From NCBI GenBank assembly GCA_965208325.1, contig OZ242326.1:2655363-2719362 (forward strand): a DNA stretch of 64,000 nucleotides. The letters are read 5' to 3'. The translations under genes were made by a program, and so were the position numbers. Origin of the DNA: Candidatus Poribacteria bacterium. GTDB lineage: Bacteria > Poribacteria > WGA-4E > PCPOR2b. Below are positions 56,888-64,000 of the stretch, one piece after another (positions within the stretch are counted from its first letter, which is position 1; the number at the start of each line of letters is the position of its first letter). The notes under the pieces are model-generated. The model worked only from the letters and a program-made list of their open reading frames with translations, was not told the DNA's origin and ran no database searches.

Positions 56888-59119
56888 ATGAAGTTAGCGG
56901 TATTCTTGATGCTTAGCTCATTGTTCGTTTCAAATCTATCGATTCCGCATAGCTTCGCCCGAGATTTTCCACGATGGGGGCCGCCCGAAGGGGCAATTGC
57001 ACGTATCGGCAAAGGCAGGATAAGTGAAATCCAATATTCGCCCGACGGCACTCGACTCGCGGTCGCAAGCAGTATGGGTATTTGGCTTTACGATACCGCC
57101 GCCCATCAGGAGCTCGCCCTGCTCACCGGGCAAACGCCTGTGACTACCGTGGCATTCAGCCCCAATGGGCACACCATTGCGGGTGGGGGTGAGAACACTA
57201 TCCGTTTGTGGAACGCTGCTTCCGGTAAACACGTACTATCGCTCAACGGGAATACGAAATTGGTCAGGAGCGTTGTATTCAGTCCCGATGGCCGCACAAT
57301 CACAAGTGGAGGTGAGGACAAGAATATCAGTCTGTGGGATGCCGACACAGGAAATCAACTACTTACGCTAAGCGGGCACACTGGCTCGGTCAATAGCATC
57401 GCGTTCAGTCCTGACGGAAAAACACTTGCTAGCGGCAGTAGTGACGGCACTGTCCGTTTCTGGAACACGGATACTGGAAAACACCTGAGAACGATTACCC
57501 AGAATAAATCTGGAGTCGGAATCGTTGCATTCAGTCGCGATGGAAACACACTCGCCAGCGGGGGTAGCTCCATCATCCGCTTGTGGGACGTCAATACCGG
57601 GATTCAGCGGCGAATTCTCACCGGGCATACGTCCGGAGTCGAAAGCGTCGCTTTCGGTCCCGATGGTAACACAATCGCTAGTGGGGACGGTGCCGGCATC
57701 ATCTATCTGCGGGACGCTGATACGGGTAATCGCCGGTTTACGTTCACCGGGCACACAGATTCAGTCACGAGCCTGGCGTTTAGTCCCGATGGAAACACAA
57801 TCGCTAGCGCGAGCGCAGACGGCACAATCCGTCTGTGGGACACCGATTCGGGAAGACACCGGCAGACGCTCACTAGACCGGGCACGGTCAATAGCATTGC
57901 GTTCAGTCCCGATGGTAACACAATCGCTAGTGGGAGCGGGGATAACACCATCCGTCTTTGGAACGCAGATACACGGGATTATCAGCGTACACTCACCGGA
58001 CATTCGGATTGGGTCTATAGCGTAGCCTTCAGTCCCGATGGTAACACAATCGCTAGTGGGAGTTGGGACAATACCATCCGCCTATGGGAGGCGGATACAG
58101 GAAAACACCTGCGTACACTAGACGGGCATAGGGGTTTTGTCAACAGCATCGTATTCAGTCCCAATGGCAAAACACTCGCTAGTGGGAGCGCGGACGATAC
58201 CATCCGTCTGTGGGACACCGAATCGGGAGCACATCAACGTACGCTCATCGGGCATACAGATTGGGTCTACAGCGTCGCGTATAGTCCAGATGGAAACACA
58301 ATCGCTAGTGGAAGCGGCGATGGCACCATCCGTCTTTGGAACGCAGTTACAGGAAAACCGCGACGCACGCTCACCGGACACACGCATTGGGTCTTTTGCG
58401 TCGCCTTTAGCCTAGATGGAAACACAATCGCTAGTGGAAGCGGCGACGATACTATCCGTCTGTGGGACTCAAACACAGGAAATCTTCGACGAACACTTAC
58501 AGGGCATGCACTTCCGGTCGAAAGCGTCGCATTCAGTCCAGATGGAAACACACTCGGTAGTGGAAGTACGGACCATACTATTCGGCTCTGGGACACTGAT
58601 ACTGGCGAACACTTGAGGACACTCACCGGACACACGGCTACGGTCTATGATTGGGTCTTTAGTGTAGCGTTCAGTCCCGACGGCAAAACACTCGCTAGCG
58701 GCGGAAGTTGGACTGGCGATGGAAATCGGGACGGTACCGTGTTGCTGTGGGAATTTCCCGCTTCTAGCGGCGTTGGGGTCGGTGTGAAACCGTTGGCAAA
58801 ACTTACCACGAAACTCGGAAACATCAAACGAACGGCGCTGTTACAGAATTTCCCGAATCCGTTCAATCCCGAAACCTGGATACCGTATCAGTTGGAAAAA
58901 GGTGCTTGGGTCACATTAACCATCTATGACCAGAGCGGTCACATGGTCCGCACCCTAGACATCGGAAATCAAGTTTCAGGAGTGTACCTAGACAAATCAG
59001 ATGCGGCGTATTGGGATGGCCGCAATCAAAACGGAGAACCCGTAACCAGCGGCACGTATTACTATCAACTCCATGCGGGCGATTACGCCGCATTACGGCA
59101 GATGGCGATCGTCAAGTAG
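56888..59119 (+). CDS. secreted WD40-repeat protein with T9SS type-A / FlgD-Ig-like C-terminal sorting domain
   Basis: Same architecture. Contains an uninterrupted run of about 14 WD repeats. Confidence 0.85.
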   Translation: MKLAVFLMLSSLFVSNLSIPHSFARDFPRWGPPEGAIARIGKGRISEIQYSPDGTRLAVASSMGIWLYDTAAHQELALLTGQTPVTTVAFSPNGHTIAGGGENTIRLWNAASGKHVLSLNGNTKLVRSVVFSPDGRTITSGGEDKNISLWDADTGNQLLTLSGHTGSVNSIAFSPDGKTLASGSSDGTVRFWNTDTGKHLRTITQNKSGVGIVAFSRDGNTLASGGSSIIRLWDVNTGIQRRILTGHTSGVESVAFGPDGNTIASGDGAGIIYLRDADTGNRRFTFTGHTDSVTSLAFSPDGNTIASASADGTIRLWDTDSGRHRQTLTRPGTVNSIAFSPDGNTIASGSGDNTIRLWNADTRDYQRTLTGHSDWVYSVAFSPDGNTIASGSWDNTIRLWEADTGKHLRTLDGHRGFVNSIVFSPNGKTLASGSADDTIRLWDTESGAHQRTLIGHTDWVYSVAYSPDGNTIASGSGDGTIRLWNAVTGKPRRTLTGHTHWVFCVAFSLDGNTIASGSGDDTIRLWDSNTGNLRRTLTGHALPVESVAFSPDGNTLGSGSTDHTIRLWDTDTGEHLRTLTGHTATVYDWVFSVAFSPDGKTLASGGSWTGDGNRDGTVLLWEFPASSGVGVGVKPLAKLTTKLGNIKRTALLQNFPNPFNPETWIPYQLEKGAWVTLTIYDQSGHMVRTLDIGNQVSGVYLDKSDAAYWDGRNQNGEPVTSGTYYYQLHAGDYAALRQMAIVK

Positions 59120-59185
59120 GAGAACGACGTGTTCAATGACTATTCTGCGGATTACGTTATTTATGTCGCAGTTTACAGAACTATA

Positions 59186-61405
59186 ATGAAAACAGTCTCC
59201 ACGTTAATTTTCTGTCTGACGTTAACTTCAGTTGTTTTTGCCGAACTTCGGCCCATCGGTTCATTGGGAAAGGGTGAACTCCGGGATATTACCTTCCTGC
59301 CAGATGGGAGAATTCTGCGCGTTCTTTCTAACCGTATTGAGTTAGCCGACCCAAATACTAGGGAAACTATAGGACGATTTGCTGACAGAACAGTGTCTAT
59401 GGGGAATGTCACGGTCAGCAGAGACAGTTTGAGGTTAGCAATTGTACGGACAAAGCGCTCCCCATCGCAAACTGCGATTGAAATATGGGAGTTGGCATCA
59501 CAACGAAAAATCCTTCAACGCACGATCCCGCTGACCCTTTATCACACAGCATTGAGCCCAGATCTAATGGTTTTTGCTGGACACAATGAGGGAATAATTC
59601 GCCTCTGGAGTGTCGAAACGGGCGAATCTCTCGGTGAGGTTAAATGGACGGATCAGCCCAGCTTTGTCCGGTTAGCGTTCAACTCAGATGGGCGGCAACT
59701 ACTCTCCATCAATTCTTATATCTCCCGTGAGCTTCCCGGTGGCGACGACCATTGGGAGACGGCCATAAGCAACTGGGATATTGCTTCTCGTCAACGCTTG
59801 TGGAGCTACACAAGAACTTTTAGGGTAATACGTGCGATATACAGTCCTGATGGTCGTTGGATTGTTATGGCTGACACCAATGATCGGATTCAGTTTTGGG
59901 ACGCGAAGCTAGGGACGCAACAGCTTGTTTTGCACGTCACAGGTAATGCGCAAAAAATGCGATTCAGTCCCGATAGCAAGAGGATTTACATTGCATCCGG
60001 CACAAGCGGTTACCCAAGGCAACCCAATCGGGTAAGCATCTGGGATATCGAAACCGGTGAACAACTCCAGGAATTGGGCGACGAAACACTTGGCATTGAG
60101 GGGCTTACTATTTCGCGCGATGAAACACAAGCAGTGATCTGGTATCACAATGGATTTGTCTCGCTATGGGACATTCAACAACGCCGCCGTCTCGCGCTCC
60201 AAACCGATTACGTTTCTCCGAGTTGGGGATCTGTTACGCCGGATGGGCACTACCTAGTCAGTGGATCGAACGCTGCCCTCATAATCTGGAATCTCCGTAC
60301 ACAATCGCTCCAGGCAACAATCTTCCCCAACGAGTATGTTTTCCGTCATGTTGCGATGTCGCCGCACGGACAGTATTTTGCTGTAGGTCATGACCCATGG
60401 ATAGAAATACGGGAGGCACGCAGCGGTCAAATTCTTTTAAAAGTTCCAAATAATGTTGGATCGACACCCTACGTTTTCAGTAACGACGGGAGGCGGCTTG
60501 CCGTAGGCCAGCATAGCAGTGTAGTCATTTACAATCTTCACAATCCCGATAAACGGGAAGAACTGTTGCCAAAGGAACAAGCTTACATCTCAGAACGTCA
60601 TATCGTTTTCAGCCCGGACGACCGCTATCTGGCAGTATCGGATTGGGACAACGAGGTGCATCTGTGGGAAAATAACATGGACAGATATGTCCATCGCTAT
60701 TCGTGGCAAATTCCGGCATCTCAGATCGACGACATCGAATTTGAGCCGAAACCGACGAATCCTGCGCTAGTTGTTATCGGAAATGGGGATGAGTTACAGG
60801 TGTGGGAACTTGGAGACACCGCCCCGAAGCAATCAATGCGTTTCAATGCCTCCGCTCCAATCCATTTTGTGCACGGCGGTGCTGAGTCTCTCCATCTGCA
60901 AAGGGATTACCTGTTTGTTAATCACGGGGGAAGACTTCAGATTTGGGATTGGGCAATCAAAACACCCGTCACGGCACCTGACATCCCACGCTACTTTGCT
61001 GCAAATCGGGATGGTTCAGTCGTGGTAGCCCGGGATTATGTTTCCGACCAAACGCGAATCTGGAACGTCCGACAACTAATCTTTCCCAAACCGATACTTT
61101 TGGGCGAAGTTAGACGGACAGCGCTCTTGGCAAATTTCCCGAATCCACTCAACCCTGAAACATGGATTCCCTACCAACTTGCAGATTCTGCTAATGTGCA
61201 AATCCATATTTATGATGTTGCGGGGCATCTGGTACGGACGTTAGATTTAGGCACGAAACTCGCGGGGAGTTATCTCTCACGAGAGACTGCGGCCTATTGG
61301 GACGGCCGCAATAATATGGGCGAGGCGGTCGGCAGCGGGGCATACTTCTACACGCTGGAGACCGGTGATTTTCGGACCACGAGACGCGTGACTGTTGTGA
61401 AATAG
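59186..61405 (+). CDS. secreted divergent beta-propeller protein with the same C-terminal sorting domain
   Basis: Signal peptide and irregular beta-propeller repeats. C-terminal RTALLANFPNPLNPETWIPYQL…AYFYTLETGDFRTTRRVTVVK. Confidence 0.75.
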   Translation: MKTVSTLIFCLTLTSVVFAELRPIGSLGKGELRDITFLPDGRILRVLSNRIELADPNTRETIGRFADRTVSMGNVTVSRDSLRLAIVRTKRSPSQTAIEIWELASQRKILQRTIPLTLYHTALSPDLMVFAGHNEGIIRLWSVETGESLGEVKWTDQPSFVRLAFNSDGRQLLSINSYISRELPGGDDHWETAISNWDIASRQRLWSYTRTFRVIRAIYSPDGRWIVMADTNDRIQFWDAKLGTQQLVLHVTGNAQKMRFSPDSKRIYIASGTSGYPRQPNRVSIWDIETGEQLQELGDETLGIEGLTISRDETQAVIWYHNGFVSLWDIQQRRRLALQTDYVSPSWGSVTPDGHYLVSGSNAALIIWNLRTQSLQATIFPNEYVFRHVAMSPHGQYFAVGHDPWIEIREARSGQILLKVPNNVGSTPYVFSNDGRRLAVGQHSSVVIYNLHNPDKREELLPKEQAYISERHIVFSPDDRYLAVSDWDNEVHLWENNMDRYVHRYSWQIPASQIDDIEFEPKPTNPALVVIGNGDELQVWELGDTAPKQSMRFNASAPIHFVHGGAESLHLQRDYLFVNHGGRLQIWDWAIKTPVTAPDIPRYFAANRDGSVVVARDYVSDQTRIWNVRQLIFPKPILLGEVRRTALLANFPNPLNPETWIPYQLADSANVQIHIYDVAGHLVRTLDLGTKLAGSYLSRETAAYWDGRNNMGEAVGSGAYFYTLETGDFRTTRRVTVVK

Positions 61406-61459
61406 GATTGCTCCTCAAATCGCCGCCGCCAATAAACATCAATTGACCTTAATGCCGTT

Positions 61460-63511
61460 ATGTTAAAGCGATACTTTAAGCAGATCGCGCTTGCCGTAAT
61501 CTGCATCAGCAATCCATTGCCGACGGTTTTTCTCGGAAATGCCCTAGGCGATCAGCCCGATTCAGAACTGACCGATGCGAAACCTGTTGAACTCGACGAG
61601 ATTGTCGTGACACCCGGCCGGTTTGCGATTGATGACGAAACGCCGTCAAGGATATCCCTCTCAAAACGGCTCATTGAACGCTTTCCGCTGGTTGATAACG
61701 ACGTGATGCGGGCTGCACATGTTTTCCCGGGGGTCGTTGCAAGCGATTACAGTGCGCGATTCAGCGTGCGAGGCGGCGAAAAGGACGACGTTCTGGTGAG
61801 GTTGGACGGCATGGAGCTCTTCAATCCGTACCACCTGCAAGACTTTGGCGGCGCAGTTTCACTCGTTGGGCTAGATTTAATTCAACGCGTCGAACTGTTG
61901 ATGGGCGGCTTCCCCGTGGAATACGGGGACAAAATGTCTGGCGTGTTCGACATGACAACAAAGTCCAAGAAAATCGACAAGGTTTCCGCGAATTTCGGAG
62001 TTGACCTTATCAATACAACCGCGATGGTGGAAGGCCCCTTATCAGAGAAAGGGTCGTGGCGCCTATCTGCACGCCGCGGCTACGTTGACCTGATTCTTGC
62101 GCTAATCGATCTTGATGAGGACTACAAGCCGCAATATGCTGATGCCTACGCCAAACTTACCTATTCGCCGACACAGACGGACACAATCACTCTAAACGGT
62201 CTATACGGTTGGGACAAGAACCGGATTCGGCAAGAAGACATCGAAAATAACTTAGATTCGAGATATGACAACTTGACCGTTTGGACGCGGTGGCGGCATC
62301 GCTTTGGAAATGCGAACTGGTCAGATGTGTTTGTTTTTGGGGGAAACGCAGCGCAAGACCGGCGCACCGGAGCCGAGGACTTCGATGTACGCTCGTTCGG
62401 TTTCTTCGGAGCCAAAACCGAATTTACAGCCGGATTTCTGGACAAACACCTGTTTCGCAGCGGAATTGAATGGCGCAGGATGACAGCGCAATACGAGTAC
62501 GATGTCCGCGAGCGGCAACCCGGTGTCAATAATTATGCAAGGGTAGTTGCGGACCTAGAAGGCAGCGGCGGCGAACTGAAGGCATACATTCAAGATGAGT
62601 GGCAGCTCCACCCGAAACTCGCGTTCAACTTTGGCGGGCGGTATATATTCCAAGACTATCGCGCTGCGGGTATCCAAAACTACGAATTAGGACCCCGCGC
62701 GGCGCTTGCCGTTCGCCCAACAGAGAAGCTAGTGTTGCGCGGGGCGTGGGGGTTTTATCACCAACCCATCCGTTTGATGAATATCCCTGTCGAGGACGGT
62801 GTTCAGACTGTCGGGCGCGCTGAACAAGCGGTTCATTACATTCTCGGCGGCGAATACCGTCCAAGCGATAATTTCCTGTTCCGTTTGGAGTCGTATTCAA
62901 AAACATTGGACAATCTTGCGGGTCGGCTCAGGGAATTTGGCCGGCAGGCACAGATTTTCACGCCTCCGGAATCCGGGGCGGCAAAAGGGGTAGATATATT
63001 TGTCACGCATGCGGTTTCAAACCGGTTCACGTGGAGCATCGGCTATGCATACACGGTTGCCAAAGAAAGTGCAGGCGGCGAGACATTTTTCCGGCAGTCT
63101 GACCGGCGGCATGCAGTCGCAGTCAGCAGCAGCCATCAACTTTCGCGCGGGCGGCATCTCTATCTGACGTGGCGTTTCCATTCCGGCGAACCGAGAACGC
63201 CGTTGACGCATTCGCTGGTCTCTCTGCCGAAGGGAAACATCGCCTGCGACCGGCAGTTCGAGGCGACGCATTCAGAGCGGATGCCGCCCTATCACAGTCT
63301 CGATTTTCGGTTCACGGATCGGAATCCATACAGCCGGTGGGAACTCACCTGGTATTTCCAAATTTTAAATCTTTACAATCGAACTAACCTTGACCAGTAT
63401 GCTTTCAGTGAGGTGCGAGACGAGGAAACGGGAGCGCTCATCCGATGCGAAATTGATGAAGAGCCGATGCTGCCGATTCTGCCGACATTGGGCGTTATGG
63501 TCGCGTTTTAA
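61460..63511 (+). CDS. TonB-dependent outer-membrane receptor
   Basis: Plug domain (VELDEIVVTPGRF…VLVRLDGMELFNP…GGAVSLVGLD…VELLMGGFPVEYGDKMSGV), barrel, and C-terminal …VMVAF. Confidence 0.85.
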   Translation: MLKRYFKQIALAVICISNPLPTVFLGNALGDQPDSELTDAKPVELDEIVVTPGRFAIDDETPSRISLSKRLIERFPLVDNDVMRAAHVFPGVVASDYSARFSVRGGEKDDVLVRLDGMELFNPYHLQDFGGAVSLVGLDLIQRVELLMGGFPVEYGDKMSGVFDMTTKSKKIDKVSANFGVDLINTTAMVEGPLSEKGSWRLSARRGYVDLILALIDLDEDYKPQYADAYAKLTYSPTQTDTITLNGLYGWDKNRIRQEDIENNLDSRYDNLTVWTRWRHRFGNANWSDVFVFGGNAAQDRRTGAEDFDVRSFGFFGAKTEFTAGFLDKHLFRSGIEWRRMTAQYEYDVRERQPGVNNYARVVADLEGSGGELKAYIQDEWQLHPKLAFNFGGRYIFQDYRAAGIQNYELGPRAALAVRPTEKLVLRGAWGFYHQPIRLMNIPVEDGVQTVGRAEQAVHYILGGEYRPSDNFLFRLESYSKTLDNLAGRLREFGRQAQIFTPPESGAAKGVDIFVTHAVSNRFTWSIGYAYTVAKESAGGETFFRQSDRRHAVAVSSSHQLSRGRHLYLTWRFHSGEPRTPLTHSLVSLPKGNIACDRQFEATHSERMPPYHSLDFRFTDRNPYSRWELTWYFQILNLYNRTNLDQYAFSEVRDEETGALIRCEIDEEPMLPILPTLGVMVAF

Positions 63512-63587
63512 TAATTACTGAATCCAGTTAGATGGGCCCGCAACGGGAAGCAAGTTTTGCTGAATAAAGAGAGTGGATTGTCTTAAA

Positions 63588-63684
63588 ATAGTATCAAATG
63601 ACCAGATGATAGCTGGTATGCTGATGTTTATTGACTTCTAGCCATCACCAATAAGCAAGTTCGGTTTGGCTTAGTTAGCGTATC
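63588..63684 (+). repeat. second copy of the approximately 95-bp hairpin element (first copy 1968-2065)
   Basis: aatagtatcaaatgaccagatgatagctggtatgctgatgtttattgacttctagccatcacc… aligns with 1968-2065. Confidence 0.8.
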
Positions 63685-63807
63685 CATCTAGAATGCCATG
63701 CGACTAGATATATTAGAAAGGATAGCGTATACCAAGTCTAATGTTCAATTACTGTGACTTCTAGCTTCAAAGGCGATTGACTTTTTTAGACGAAAGGAGT
63801 AATAATT

Positions 63808-64000
63808 ATGTGGACTCGTATTATACGCACGGTTTTCTTTTGTATCTTAGTGGGAACGATATGGGCGCAGAAACTCGATTCGCAATTGAAGTGGACGTTA
63901 CTCGATAATGGAATGCAGATGCGCCATGTATATTCGCTCGAAGCGACGGGACATCGGTTGTATGCCGGGACATCATTCGGGATATTCATCTCTTCTGACG
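63808..64000 (+). CDS. exported protein, N-terminal fragment (possible BNR/Ycf48-like beta-propeller); truncated by window end
   Basis: Signal peptide MWTRIIRTVFFCILVGTIWA, then WTLLDNGMQ…VYSLEATGHRLYAGTS. Confidence 0.4.
   Translation, partial: MWTRIIRTVFFCILVGTIWAQKLDSQLKWTLLDNGMQMRHVYSLEATGHRLYAGTSFGIFISSD

Noticed and set aside
52379-58866. Dozens of antisense or off-frame ORFs (60-300 aa) across the WD40 gene array.
   Set aside because: Same artefact as above. The repeat periodicity keeps alternative frames open. None has an independent signal.

Overview
This 64 kb window looks like a fragment of an uncultivated diderm bacterial genome, about 50% GC. Several features point to an FCB-like lineage: T9SS-type C-terminal sorting domains, DUF1573 proteins, TonB-dependent receptors, and a def-fmt-PASTA-rpe arrangement. 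Four blocks are visible.

(i) The left end holds a 5'-truncated WD40 protein with a T9SS/FlgD-Ig-like C-terminal domain, then an ActP-type Na+/solute symporter with its DUF4212 partner, a sigma-54 enhancer-binding protein, a DsbD/CcdA-glutaredoxin fusion, two DUF1573 proteins, a Cys-rich small secreted protein and a membrane-anchored C39-peptidase-like protein.

(ii) Positions 13.9-32.4 kb form a large surface-glycan biosynthesis island, all on the + strand. It contains an FGE-sulfatase-like protein, a GT39/ArnT-like GT-C, a polyprenol-P GT2 plus two more GT2s, an SDR epimerase, a HddA-like GHMP sugar kinase, a GDP-sugar 4,6-dehydratase, a split TPP-dependent E1 alpha/beta, a ColD/E1-like sugar 3-dehydratase, a B12-binding radical-SAM enzyme and a Wzx flippase.

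(iii) Positions 32.9-41.6 kb carry a conserved housekeeping block on the - strand: rpe, a kinase-less PASTA protein, fmt, def, lspA, yggT, proC, yggS, a Zn-ribbon protein, tatC and tatA. Next to it are a DtxR-family repressor with a perfect operator palindrome, an acyl-CoA synthetase, a Gfo/Idh/MocA oxidoreductase and a group II PLP decarboxylase.

(iv) The right end holds an OM beta-barrel, a TonB-dependent receptor, a tandem array of four secreted beta-propeller paralogs (three canonical WD40 plus one divergent) that share the same C-terminal sorting domain, and a second TonB receptor. The first TonB receptor and the WD40 array are each preceded by a near-consensus sigma-54 -24/-12 promoter.

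The window also carries several repeat classes: a dispersed roughly 40-bp intergenic repeat family, two MITE-like elements with terminal inverted repeats, a 53-bp tandem repeat, a 1.6-kb diverged tandem gene duplication with pseudogenes, an approximately 95-bp hairpin element found at two distant loci, and near-identical 126-bp intragenic WD-repeat duplications.
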